Assembly: GCA_964641415.1 (NCBI GenBank)
Contig: CAZXMW010000006.1
Location: forward strand, 69,247-133,246
From: an uncultured Thermoanaerobaculia bacterium
GTDB taxonomy: Bacteria > Acidobacteriota > Thermoanaerobaculia > Thermoanaerobaculales > Sulfomarinibacteraceae
Length of the DNA: 64,000 nt
Direction: 5' to 3'
Part shown: positions 30,756 to 40,153 of the stretch, piece by piece
Numbering within the stretch: position 1 is the first letter of the stretch
How the letters are laid out: every line of letters starts with the position of its first letter
Notes under the pieces: generated by a model
Told to the model about the DNA's origin: nothing
Seen by the model: the letters and a program-made list of their open reading frames with translations, nothing else
Databases searched by the model: none
Made by a program: the position numbers and the translations under genes

Positions 30756-31577
30756 CTATCGCTGGCAGGAGCGGCACCAGACGGTGGAGCGGTTGGCGAT
30801 GCGGGTGTCCTCGAGGGTGGTTTTGCACCGCGGGCAGGGCGTGCCGGCCTTGCCGTAGACCTGCAGGGAAACGGCGAAGAGGCCGAAGTTGCCGTCCGGC
30901 GTGGAGTAGTCGCGAATCGTCGTCCCGCCCTGCTCGACGGCTTCGGCGAGCACCGACCGGACCTCTGAGGCGAGTCGGCGGAGACGGGGCAGCGCCGTCC
31001 GGCAGCCGCGACGGCTCGGTCGGATCCCGGCCCGCCACAGCGCCTCGGCGGCGTAGATGTTGCCGATGCCGGCGACCAGGTGCTGGTCGAGGATGAGCGA
31101 CTTGACCGGCGACCGGCGAGCGCGGAGCAGGGGAGGCAGGACGTCCTCCAGACCCGGGTCGAGGGGCTCGACTCCCAGGGCCGAAAGAGAGGGGTCGCGA
31201 GCCTCGTCGCCCGGCTCGAGCCAGACCGCGAGGCCGAAGCGGCGCGGGTCGACGAAGCGGAGCTCGCGGCAGTCGTCGAGCGTGAGCACGAGGTGCGTGT
31301 GGTCGAGCTCGATCGCCGACCCACCGCCGAGCAGCAGCCGGCCCGACATCCCGAGGTGGATCATGAGCGCACCGCCGCCCTCGACGTCGAGGAGCAGGAA
31401 TTTGCCGCGCCGGCGCGCGCCTGTGAAGGCGCGGCCCTCGAGACGCGAAGCGATGAGCGCGACGTCGAGCGGGCGGCGCATCATCACCGGCCGGCCTCGG
31501 ACTCGCGTTACCGATCGATCGGCCAGACCGATCTCGAGCGCTCGTCGTACCGTCTCGACCTCGGGCAGCTCAGGCAT
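30756..31577 (-). CDS. mutM: Formamidopyrimidine-DNA glycosylase (Fpg)
   Basis: MPELPEVE, HLGMSG, GIGNIYAAEAL, C-terminal CPRC...CRSCQ zinc finger. Confidence 0.97.
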   Translation of the reverse strand: MPELPEVETVRRALEIGLADRSVTRVRGRPVMMRRPLDVALIASRLEGRAFTGARRRGKFLLLDVEGGGALMIHLGMSGRLLLGGGSAIELDHTHLVLTLDDCRELRFVDPRRFGLAVWLEPGDEARDPSLSALGVEPLDPGLEDVLPPLLRARRSPVKSLILDQHLVAGIGNIYAAEALWRAGIRPSRRGCRTALPRLRRLASEVRSVLAEAVEQGGTTIRDYSTPDGNFGLFAVSLQVYGKAGTPCPRCKTTLEDTRIANRSTVWCRSCQR

Positions 31578-31657
31578 CGCGCCATCATAGCGGGTTGGGT
31601 GGAATCAACCGCAACGACGCCAGCAATGCACGTGCGCCGCAGGGATCCAGCGCCGAT

Positions 31658-31793
31658 GAATGAATGAGGAATGAGGAATGAGGAATGAGGAATGATGAAA
31701 AGAGGAATGACATCGCGGGGCTTGGTCCGGGTTGAGCAGCATTCTGCGATGAAATGCAGACCTGCTCACTCTTCACTCTTCACTCTTCACTCT
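31658..31793. repeat. Opposed heptamer tandem arrays
   Basis: (GAATGAG)x4 at 31662-31689 plus degenerate copies; (TCACTCT)x4 at 31766-31793. Confidence 0.85.
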
Positions 31794-32569
31794 GATTCGA
31801 TCGTCAGCGAGATCGGGCAGTGGTCCGAGCCCATGACCTCGGTGTGGATCCGAGTGTTGACGACCCGGTCGACCATGTCGTCGGAGATGAAGAAAGAGTC
31901 GATCCGCCAGCCGACGTTGCGCTCGCGGACGCCGGGCCGGTTCGACCACCAGGTGTAGGCGCCGGAGGCATCCGGGTTCAATTGGCGAAAGATGTCGACG
32001 TAGCCGTGCTCGACGAGGCGGCTGACCCAGGCCCTCTCCTCGGGCAGGAACCCGGTGTTTTTCTTGTTCGAGGCCGGGTTGGCGAGGTCGATCTCCGCAT
32101 GGGCGGTGTTGACGTCGCCGCAGATCACGATCGACCTGCCGGCGGCGCGCTGGGCTTCGGCGTGTTGGAGCACGGCCTCTGAGAACTCGAGCTTGTACGG
32201 TACCCGGCTGAGGTCGTGGCCGCCGTTGGGGAAGTACCCGGTGTAGAACAGAAACGACCCGAAATCGGCGATGATGAGTCGCCCCTCGGAGTCGAAGCGG
32301 TCCTCGCCGAGACCTCCCAGGGTGACCGACTCCGGCGCGACCTTCGAGTACAGAGCGACCCCGGAGTAGCCCTTCTTCTCGGCCGGGTGGAACCAGGTGT
32401 GGTAGCCGCCGGGCTCGCGCAGCTCGGGGTCGAGCTGTTCGGGCAGCGCGCGCGTCTCCTGGAGACCGAGAACGTCGGGCTGCTCGGCGTCGAGCCACTG
32501 ACGGAAGCCCTTGCGGCCGCACGCGCGCAGGCCGTTGACGTTCCAGCTGTACAGACGGATCGTTTTCAT
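31787..32569 (-). CDS. xth: Exodeoxyribonuclease III / AP endonuclease
   Basis: SWNVNGLRA, LQET, GYSGVA, CGDVNTAH, GWRID, GSDHCP. Confidence 0.96.
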   Translation of the reverse strand: MKTIRLYSWNVNGLRACGRKGFRQWLDAEQPDVLGLQETRALPEQLDPELREPGGYHTWFHPAEKKGYSGVALYSKVAPESVTLGGLGEDRFDSEGRLIIADFGSFLFYTGYFPNGGHDLSRVPYKLEFSEAVLQHAEAQRAAGRSIVICGDVNTAHAEIDLANPASNKKNTGFLPEERAWVSRLVEHGYVDIFRQLNPDASGAYTWWSNRPGVRERNVGWRIDSFFISDDMVDRVVNTRIHTEVMGSDHCPISLTIESE

Positions 32570-32579
32570 TGCGGTCAAG

Positions 32580-32918
32580 CTATGGGCTCGACCATTTGCC
32601 GTCGGCGACTCTGGCCAGCTCGAGCTGGGGTTCGGGTCCGCCCTCGTAGATCGCCGGAACGGGGATCCCGGTCTCCTCGAAGACCTGAATCACCTTCTCC
32701 TGAACCTGCATGGCCGACGGCCCGGTCATGCCGATGCAGACCATCCGGACGCTGTCCTCGGGCGCCGCGCCCTTGTAGACCAGACAGCCCTCCCAGCCGG
32801 GCTCGGGCACGATCCTGGCGAGTATGGCCATGAGCAGACCCTGGGTCCCGATCTCCTGGAAGACCTCGGCGGCGGCGGCGCGGTCGTAGACGAAGCTGTA
32901 GGTTTTTTCCTGATCCAT
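32580..32918 (-). CDS. Hypothetical protein (~112 aa)
   Basis: MDQEKTYSF...; coding-like codon bias; co-directional between the ABC permease and xth. Confidence 0.65.
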   Translation of the reverse strand: MDQEKTYSFVYDRAAAAEVFQEIGTQGLLMAILARIVPEPGWEGCLVYKGAAPEDSVRMVCIGMTGPSAMQVQEKVIQVFEETGIPVPAIYEGGPEPQLELARVADGKWSSP

Positions 32919-32974
32919 GCGCCACGTAATTCCGGCTGATGATCGGATATTCCTGCCCGCGGTTTCCTCGAACG

Positions 32975-34348
32975 CTAGTCGCCGCTGAGGATCGCGGCGG
33001 GATCGGTGGCGGTGGCGCGCAGGGCGGGGCCGAGGGCGCCGACGACGCAGGCCGTCGTGGCGAGCGCCACGGCCGCCGCCATCAGCCACGGCGGCATTGC
33101 GAAGAAGGTGTCCGGCTTGAATGGAAATGCGGGGAGCGTCGACGCGAGCGCGCTGTCGGCCAGTCGCGCCGCCGCCGCGGCGGCGGCGACGCCGATCACT
33201 CCCGCGATCAGACCGACCACCGCACTCTCGACGAGAATGAGCAACCGCACGTCGGATCGGCTCGCCCCGACGGCGCGCAGCACGCCGAGCTCCCGACGAC
33301 GGACCATGGCGAGCAGCGCGAAAACGTGCATGACGTGCAGCGCCGAGATCGCGAGCACCAGGGCGCCGACCACCGCCACGGCGGCGAGCAGGAGCGCGGT
33401 CAGGTACGCCGCGCGCCGGGCGCCGCGATCACGGACCTCGAGCCCCATGGCCTCGACGGCCTCGATGACGGCGCCGGCGGCGCCGTCCGCGGCGAGCTGG
33501 AGCACCGCCGAGTGAAAGCCCTCGTCGGCGCCGCGTGGGCCGAGCTCGCGGTTGAGCTGGCGAATGAAACCGAGCGGCATGGTGATCCCGAGGGCAATGG
33601 CGGCGTCCGAGATCCCGACCAGCTCGGCCCGGTGGTGGATCACCCGCCGGCTTGACGGCCGCAGGCTCGAGGCGCCGAACCGGATGTCGGCGCCGAGCCC
33701 GAAGAGCTTCTCGGGGTTGACCTTGGGCAGCCGGTATGCGCGCCGGAAAGCGCCGTTGTAGAGCTCGACCATGTGCTCGGAGACGATCACCGGAATGACC
33801 TCGCGGCACTCGCCGGGACCCGCGATCGTGGTGCCGGTACAGACCGCGCCGTCCGGGCAGTCCATTGCGCCGCCGCACGGACGGCCGGACGAGGCGGGAT
33901 CGAGTCGAGGCTCGTGAAAAGCCTCGCCGACCTCGGTGGCAACCAGCGCGGGGGCAATGCCGTCGGCCACCAGCTCTGTCTGCATTCCGGCGCCGAGAAT
34001 CGACTCGCCGCCGGATGCGAGCGCCGGGACGAGCAACCGCATCTTCGGATAGACCGCGGCGACGCCTTCGAGCTCGCCGAGCTCACGGATGTCGTCTTTG
34101 TCGAGGGTGTCGCTGCCGAGCTCGATGGCGATCGCGAACAGGCCGACGTCGGTGCTCTCGGGCACGACCTCGATGCGGTCGAGCGAGAAAACCTCGCCGA
34201 GGAGCACCGACCGCAACCCGAGCCCGAGGGCGAGAAAGAAGACCAGCGCGGCGATGCTGACTGCGATCCCGAGGCCGCCGGCGGCCATGTCGCGCCAATG
34301 GCGGCGGAGATCGTCGAACACCGAGCGGCGCAGACCGCCGAGGGTCAT
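32975..34348 (-). CDS. MacB/FtsX-family ABC permease
   Basis: RRRELGVLRAVGASRSDV..LILVES; 4-TM pattern. Confidence 0.88.
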   Translation of the reverse strand: MTLGGLRRSVFDDLRRHWRDMAAGGLGIAVSIAALVFFLALGLGLRSVLLGEVFSLDRIEVVPESTDVGLFAIAIELGSDTLDKDDIRELGELEGVAAVYPKMRLLVPALASGGESILGAGMQTELVADGIAPALVATEVGEAFHEPRLDPASSGRPCGGAMDCPDGAVCTGTTIAGPGECREVIPVIVSEHMVELYNGAFRRAYRLPKVNPEKLFGLGADIRFGASSLRPSSRRVIHHRAELVGISDAAIALGITMPLGFIRQLNRELGPRGADEGFHSAVLQLAADGAAGAVIEAVEAMGLEVRDRGARRAAYLTALLLAAVAVVGALVLAISALHVMHVFALLAMVRRRELGVLRAVGASRSDVRLLILVESAVVGLIAGVIGVAAAAAAARLADSALASTLPAFPFKPDTFFAMPPWLMAAAVALATTACVVGALGPALRATATDPAAILSGD

Positions 34349-35019
34349 CCCGTCACTTCCGTTTCACCGACCAGTACACCGTCAGCCATCCGCATCACTC
34401 GCCGTCCGGCGCTCTCGATGGCGGCGTCGTGGGTTGCGGCGAGAAGAGTCAGTCCGAGCTCGGTTCGGAGGACGGAGAGAAGCTCGAGCAGCTCGGCGCC
34501 GGTGTCGGTGTCGAGGTTGCCGGTGGGCTCGTCGAGGAGCAGCAGTCGCGGGCGGTTGAACAGCGCCCGCGCCACCGCCACCCGCTGGCGTTCGCCGCCG
34601 GACAGGCGGGTCGGCCGGTGGTCGGCGGCGCCGGCGAGCCCGACCATGTCGAGGACCTCGAGCGCCCGCGAGCGCTCGTTGCCGCCGGGACGGCCGAATC
34701 GGGCGGGGAGGGAGACGTTTTCGTTGCAGCTCAGGTGCTCGAGGAGGTGGTAGGCCTGGAAGACGAAGCCGACGTCGCGCTGTCGGTACCGAGCGAGCTG
34801 CCGGTCCGAAAGGGTCGACAGCCGCGTGCCGCCGACCTCGACGAGCCCATCATAGTTGCTGTCCAGCCCGCCGATGATGTTGAGCAGAGTGGTCTTGCCG
34901 CAGCCCGAGCGACCGACCAGCGACACCACGTCGCCGTCTGCGATCTCGAGCTCGACGCCCCGGAGCACCTCGCGCTCGGCGTTTCTGTAGCTCTTTTTGA
35001 GGCCTTCGACGCGAATCAC
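34345..35019 (-). CDS. ABC ATP-binding protein (LolD/MacB type)
   Basis: GRSGCGKTT, LSGGERQRV, DEPTGNLD. Confidence 0.95.
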   Translation of the reverse strand: MIRVEGLKKSYRNAEREVLRGVELEIADGDVVSLVGRSGCGKTTLLNIIGGLDSNYDGLVEVGGTRLSTLSDRQLARYRQRDVGFVFQAYHLLEHLSCNENVSLPARFGRPGGNERSRALEVLDMVGLAGAADHRPTRLSGGERQRVAVARALFNRPRLLLLDEPTGNLDTDTGAELLELLSVLRTELGLTLLAATHDAAIESAGRRVMRMADGVLVGETEVTG

Positions 35020-35056
35020 CGAGTGAGTATAACGGTGCGGTGACGGCGGAGGTTGA

Positions 35057-35120
35057 ACCGCGAAGACTCGGAGATCGCAATGACGTCGAACCGGGTTCGC
35101 GATCTTCGTGTCTTCGCGGT
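35057..35120. repeat. 22-bp inverted repeat element
   Basis: ACCGCGAAGACTCGGAGATCGC / GCGATCTTCGTGTCTTCGCGGT, 2 mismatches. Confidence 0.75.
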
Positions 35121-35124
35121 CGAA

Positions 35125-37686
35125 CTACGGACGATCCCGGCCGCGAGCCATGGGCAGCGTGTCGCGCCAGCGGCCGTCGTGGGCGTGCAGCGCGGCGGCA
35201 ACCGCGCCGGCGGTGGGCACGAGTCCGATCTCGCCGACGCCCTTCGACCCGTAGCCGCCGACCTCGTCGGGCACCTCGACCAGGATGATCTCGATGGGCG
35301 GTGTGTCGGCCGCTCTCAGGATGCCGAGATCGCGCAGCAGCAGCGAGTCCGGCACGCCGCCGGTGCACGGAAAGTCCTCGGACAGGGCGGAGCCGAGCCC
35401 CATGTGGACCCCGCCCTCGATCTGGCCGGCGCAGGCCCGGGGGTTGATTGCACGACCGACGTCGTGCGCCGCGACCACCTTCGCGATACGGCCCCCGTTG
35501 TCCAGAATGACGACCTGGGTGGCGTAGCCGAAGGCCATGTGGGTGACCGGTTCGACGGCGTCGGACCCGGGCGGCGTTGTGAAGTCGACGATGTGCTCGC
35601 CGAGAAAGCTCCGTCCGGCGAGCTCGGCGAGCGTCGCGCCGTCGAGGGCGTCGGCCAGGGCGACCGCGGCCTTCCGTCCGGAGGCGGTGCACAGCGCCGT
35701 GGCGCGGGATGCGGTGGTCATCCCGCACTCGACGCGGGGATCGCTGACCGTGCCGACCGCCATGCAGCCCGGATCGATCCCGGTCTCCTCGCTCACCACC
35801 TGGCGCAGGATGGTGTGCAGCCCCTGGCCCATCTCGGTGTACCCGGTCAGAATCCCGATCTCGCCGCCGGTTCCGACCTCGATGAGCACCCGCCCGGTGT
35901 CGTCCATCCCGTTGCCGATGCCGCTGTTCTTGATGCCGCACGCGATGCCTGCCGTGCGGGCGCTCTTGTAGACCTCCCGCACCGCCTCGAGGGTACGTCG
36001 AATTCCGCAACTGCCGGTCATCCGCTGTCCGGTGGCGAAGCGGTCGCCCGGGTCGAGGACATTGCGCTCTCGGATGTCGTAGCCGTCGAGGCCGACCTTC
36101 TCGGCGAGGCGGTCGAGGACGCCCTCGATGGCGAAGGCGGCCTGGTTCGCGCCGAAGCCCCGCATGGCGCCGCACGGTGGGTTGTTGGTCAGCACCGTTC
36201 GCGCCTCGACGTCGACATTGGGGACGCGATAGGGCCCGCAGCTGTGGCCGGCGGCGCGCTCGAGGACCTTGGTTCCGACCGAGGCGTAGGCCCCGGTGTC
36301 GCCGAGGATGCGCGCCCTGACCGCGGTCAGCCGGCCATCGGCGTCACACCCGGCGCGGTAGTGCAGGGTCAGGGGGTGCCGCTTGGGGTGGATCCGCAGA
36401 CTCTGCTCTCGGGTCAGCTCGATCTTGACCGGCCGGCCGAGGAGGTGCGCAGCGAGCGCGGCGTGGCCCTGCACCGACAGGTCCTCCTTGCCGCCGAAGG
36501 CACCGCCGTTCGAGACCAGCTCGACCGTCACCCGATCGGTGTCGATGCCGAGGATCGCGGCGATCTGGCGCTGATCGTCGTGGACGCCCTGGCCCTGACT
36601 GTAGACCATGAGGCGCCCGCCGTCGGGCATGGCAAGGGACGCCTCGGGTTCAAGGAAGGCGTGCTCGATGCGCTGGGTATGGAAGGTCGCCTCGACGGTG
36701 TGGGCCGAGGCGGCGAGCGCCTCCTCTGCGTCCCCCCTGCGAAAGGCGCAGACCTCGAGCAGGTTGCCGCCGTCGTGGACGGCAGGCGCGCCGGACGCCA
36801 GTGCCTGTTCCGGATCAACCACGGGCTCGAGCGCCTCGACCTCGACGCTGACCAGCTCCGCCGCAGACCGCGCCATGAGACGGCTGTCGGCCACCACGAC
36901 CGCGAGCACGTCGCCGATGTAGCGCGTGATCTCGCCCTCGGCGACAAGCAGCGGCCAGTCCCGGGCCACGAGCCCGTGGCAGCGCTCGCCGGGCACGTCC
37001 GCGGCGGTGAGCACCCGGACCACGCCCTGCGCCGCCCCGGCGGCAGAGGCGTCGATCCGGACGATCCGGGCCCGTGGGTGGTCTGAAAGGACCATGGCGC
37101 CGTGCAGCAGGCCGTCGACGCGGAGGTCGGCGACGAAGGGTATTGCTCCGAGGACCCGCTCGGCGCCCCGGTAGCGCGGGACCGACGCGCCGATGCCGGT
37201 ACCCTGGTCGGCCGGTTTCGCGGGCGGACCGCCGCCGCCGGCGAGCTCGATGGCGTCGACGATCCGGTGGTAGCCGGTGCACCTGCACAGGTGGCCGGCG
37301 AGGGCCCGCCGGATGCGGCTCCGGTCGGCGGAGAGCCCGTGGTCGATCAGGTGGGCGGCCCGAAGCGCGATTCCGGGGGTGCAGAACCCGCACTGCACGG
37401 CGCCGGTCTCGACGAAGCTCGAGGCGAGCAGCTGTCGCTGCCGCTCGGGAAGGCCTTCAAGGGTGGTGACCTCGCGACCGGCGACCCGCGCCGGGTCGAG
37501 CAGACAGGACAGGGTCGGACGGCCGTCGAGCAGGATGGTGCAGCAGCCGCACACTCCCTGGGGGGAGCAGCCGTCCTTGACCGTGGTCACGCCGAGACGC
37601 TCGCGGAGCACCTCGAGCAGGTGCTCGCCGTCCTCGAAATCGGTCGTGACCTTTCGGCCGTCGAGCGTGAAAGAGACCGACGGCAT
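35125..37686 (-). CDS. Fused 2Fe-2S/molybdopterin hydroxylase, Se-dependent xanthine dehydrogenase-like
   Basis: KDGCSPQGVCGCC, QCGFCTPG, CRCTGY, EHAFLEPE, GGAFGGKED, HPKRHP, AMRGFG, KNSGIGNG, KGVGEIG; no FAD domain. Confidence 0.85.
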   Translation of the reverse strand: MPSVSFTLDGRKVTTDFEDGEHLLEVLRERLGVTTVKDGCSPQGVCGCCTILLDGRPTLSCLLDPARVAGREVTTLEGLPERQRQLLASSFVETGAVQCGFCTPGIALRAAHLIDHGLSADRSRIRRALAGHLCRCTGYHRIVDAIELAGGGGPPAKPADQGTGIGASVPRYRGAERVLGAIPFVADLRVDGLLHGAMVLSDHPRARIVRIDASAAGAAQGVVRVLTAADVPGERCHGLVARDWPLLVAEGEITRYIGDVLAVVVADSRLMARSAAELVSVEVEALEPVVDPEQALASGAPAVHDGGNLLEVCAFRRGDAEEALAASAHTVEATFHTQRIEHAFLEPEASLAMPDGGRLMVYSQGQGVHDDQRQIAAILGIDTDRVTVELVSNGGAFGGKEDLSVQGHAALAAHLLGRPVKIELTREQSLRIHPKRHPLTLHYRAGCDADGRLTAVRARILGDTGAYASVGTKVLERAAGHSCGPYRVPNVDVEARTVLTNNPPCGAMRGFGANQAAFAIEGVLDRLAEKVGLDGYDIRERNVLDPGDRFATGQRMTGSCGIRRTLEAVREVYKSARTAGIACGIKNSGIGNGMDDTGRVLIEVGTGGEIGILTGYTEMGQGLHTILRQVVSEETGIDPGCMAVGTVSDPRVECGMTTASRATALCTASGRKAAVALADALDGATLAELAGRSFLGEHIVDFTTPPGSDAVEPVTHMAFGYATQVVILDNGGRIAKVVAAHDVGRAINPRACAGQIEGGVHMGLGSALSEDFPCTGGVPDSLLLRDLGILRAADTPPIEIILVEVPDEVGGYGSKGVGEIGLVPTAGAVAAALHAHDGRWRDTLPMARGRDRP

Positions 37687-38630
37687 CAGCGCTGAACGCC
37701 GTTTCGGATGGCGATGAGCTCGGCGGCGACCGATACCGCGATCTCCTCGGGGGTGTGGCTGCCGATGGCGACGCCGATCGGCGCCCGCACCCGGGCCAGA
37801 GCGGCCGGGTCGGCCCCGCCGCGTTCCATGTCGGCGAAGAGCTTGCGCACCTTCGCGGCGCTGCCCATCAAGCCCAGGTATCTCAGCTCGTGTCCCAGCA
37901 GCCGCTCGAGAACCTTACGGTCGTGGTGGTGGCCGTAGGTCATGATCACGACCCATGAGTGCTCGCCCTCGGGAACCGCGTCTGCGACCCGGTCCCAGTG
38001 CACCACCCTGAGCTCGTGGGCGAAGGGATTGTCGGCCATGGTCGGCAGACCGGCGCGGTTGTCGAGAACCGCGATTCGGAAGGGTAGGGTGGCCATGACC
38101 CGCGACAGCGCCAGCGCGACGTGGCCGCCGCCGATGATGGTCAGCGTGTCGAGCAATCCGATCGGCAACCTGAACGTCCACTCCTTACCGTCGCGCACGA
38201 AGCTCGGTTTGCCGATCGGGCCCCGACGAAACTCCATGCCGCTGTTCGAGAGCACCAGCGTCCCGGTTCCGTGCTCCTGCAGCGTTGCAGCGACCTGTTC
38301 AATCTCTTTTCGTGACGACCGCGCAAGCGGGAGGAACGAAAAGAGCTGCCTCCCGCTGCACAAGGTCCCACCCGCCTCGTCGTTGTGGAGGAATTCGACC
38401 AGCTCGGCGTCGCCCCCCTTGCGCGCCCGGTCGACCAGGGCGCGCTCGGCGACCCCGCCGCCGATGGTCCCCGACTGACCCGACCGGGTGACCACGACAA
38501 ACGTCCCGGTGATGCCGGGCACCGAGCCCGAGTGCTCGACCACCGTGACCAGCGTGACCGGCTCGTCGGCGTCGAGCGTCTCGAGCGCATACCGCCACGG
38601 TTCGATCGATGGTGTCGGTTGGGATTTCAT
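37686..38630 (-). CDS. xdhC: XdhC/CoxI molybdenum cofactor insertion accessory protein
   Basis: GTIGGG.AE, IIGGGHVA, MTYGH..D, YLGLMGS, APIG..IGSHTPEEIAVS. Confidence 0.9.
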   Translation of the reverse strand: MKSQPTPSIEPWRYALETLDADEPVTLVTVVEHSGSVPGITGTFVVVTRSGQSGTIGGGVAERALVDRARKGGDAELVEFLHNDEAGGTLCSGRQLFSFLPLARSSRKEIEQVAATLQEHGTGTLVLSNSGMEFRRGPIGKPSFVRDGKEWTFRLPIGLLDTLTIIGGGHVALALSRVMATLPFRIAVLDNRAGLPTMADNPFAHELRVVHWDRVADAVPEGEHSWVVIMTYGHHHDRKVLERLLGHELRYLGLMGSAAKVRKLFADMERGGADPAALARVRAPIGVAIGSHTPEEIAVSVAAELIAIRNGVQR

Positions 38631-38675
38631 GTCCTTATTGTACGGCGCGCCGGGCGACGGGGGTTGGAGGGTCGA

Positions 38676-38828
38676 TCGCGGCGACGCGAAGCGCGCGAAG
38701 GCGCCGCGGAGCATCGCATGTGAAAGCTGGCTGGGCGCTTGAAGCTCGACACTTCGCGCTTTTGGAGGTCTGCGGTTGAGTCGTGAAACACACACGCCAC
38801 GAAGGGCCACAGAGGTTCCACAAAGGAG
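38676..38828. repeat. Degenerate ~9-bp-periodic repeats at the left edge of the glucan locus
   Basis: CGCGGCGACGCGAAGCGCGCGAAGGCGCCGCGGAG ... CTTCGCGCTTTTTGGAGGTCTGCGGTTGA ... CACGAAGGGCCACAGAGGTTCCACAAAG. Confidence 0.4.
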
Positions 38829-38829
38829 T

Positions 38830-39870
38830 TCAATCGGTCTCTTGTACAGCCTTGGCGAACGGTCCGATCGATGCCCGGAGGACGACCTCCGCGCGCAGCT
38901 GGTGATCGGAGATCTCCAGTGCTCGCCCCTGGAGCCGATCGAGCAGGACCTCGGCCGCAAGCTGCGCGAGCTCGACGACGGGTTGGCGCACCGTCGTCAG
39001 CGGCGGCCAGGCGAAGCCGGCGAACGACGTATCGTCGAAACCGGCGACCGAGAGATCATCGGGGATGTCGAGCTGCCGCTGGTGGGCGACGGTCAGGGTC
39101 GCCATGGCCATGTGATCGTTGCTGGCGAAGATCGCGGACGGACGGCGCCGCAGCGCGAGCAGGCGACTCGCGCACGCGTAGCCCGAATCGAAATCGTACA
39201 GGCCCTGCTCCACCAGCGCGTCGTCGTACACGATGCCGTGCCGCGCGAGAGCGGTGTGATACCCCGCGAGTCGATCATGACTCGAGCCGTGATCGGGGTG
39301 GCCCATGATGAAACCGATCCGGCGGTGGCCCAACCTGATGAGATGTTCCGTCATCTCGGTCGCCGCTTCCTCGTCGGCGACCGAGATCCGGGGGAGTCCG
39401 GGGAAGGCTCGTTGAGACAGACGGACGGCGAGGATGCCCTCATCGAGGAGGGTTCGGATGAGCTTCTCGTTGTCGGACACCGGCTGGAGGACGATCAGGC
39501 CGTCGATCGTGGCCTGGTGGTGGAGATCGACGACCTCGTCGATCACCGAGGAAGACCGCGAGTCGCAGGGGTGGATGAGCAGGTCGTAGTTGCGCGTGCG
39601 ACAGACGCGGAGGACGCCGTCCTGAACCTCGGCCACGTAATCGGGGGCCTTCGGGTTGTCGTAAAGCATGCCGATGACGAAGGACCGGTTGGCGGCCAGG
39701 CGGCGGGCGGAGAGGTTGGGACGGTAGTTGACCTCGGCCGCGGCGCCGAGAACCTTGTCGCGGGTCGACGGTCGCACATTTGGCTCGTTGTTGACGACCC
39801 GCGACACGGTCTTGATCGACACGCCGGCAAGCCGTGCGACATCGTCGATGGTCGGTCGCTTCTCATTCAC
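38830..39870 (-). CDS. LacI-family transcriptional regulator
   Basis: PTIDDVARLAGVSIKTVSRV, YRPNLSARRL, IPDDLSVAGFDD, LTTVRQP; GTG start. Confidence 0.95.
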   Translation of the reverse strand: MNEKRPTIDDVARLAGVSIKTVSRVVNNEPNVRPSTRDKVLGAAAEVNYRPNLSARRLAANRSFVIGMLYDNPKAPDYVAEVQDGVLRVCRTRNYDLLIHPCDSRSSSVIDEVVDLHHQATIDGLIVLQPVSDNEKLIRTLLDEGILAVRLSQRAFPGLPRISVADEEAATEMTEHLIRLGHRRIGFIMGHPDHGSSHDRLAGYHTALARHGIVYDDALVEQGLYDFDSGYACASRLLALRRRPSAIFASNDHMAMATLTVAHQRQLDIPDDLSVAGFDDTSFAGFAWPPLTTVRQPVVELAQLAAEVLLDRLQGRALEISDHQLRAEVVLRASIGPFAKAVQETD

Positions 39871-40123
39871 TGGTCTGTCCCCCAAGGGCGGCCCGGGCGT
39901 CGCGGAGCATCGCATGACCCGCGTCGGCTTCCGCTCGCTGCCGAGCGCCGCGCGGTGCGATTGTACAAACCCGAAAGAGATGCGTCACGACCCTCTGCCC
40001 GGCGTGGCGCGGCGAATGCGGCTTCGGTGAGGGCGGCCCGGTCGTCGTCGCCCTGATCTCGGCGGTGCCCGCGCGGCCCGTGGCGTTCGGAATTTCCGGC
40101 CATGAGAAAATTTTCGCAAACTA

Positions 40124-40153
40124 TTGACAGCGCTGTCAACCTTGCGTTAAGGT
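40124..40153 (+). promoter_or_regulatory. LacI-type operator overlapping a sigma70 -35 box
   Basis: Perfect 16-bp palindrome TTGACAGCGCTGTCAA (40124-40139) with central CG; TTGACA-N18-TAAGGT. Confidence 0.8.

Noticed and set aside
39955-39995. Possible c-di-GMP riboswitch-like segment (CAAACCCGAAAG)
   Set aside because: Required paired stems could not be identified
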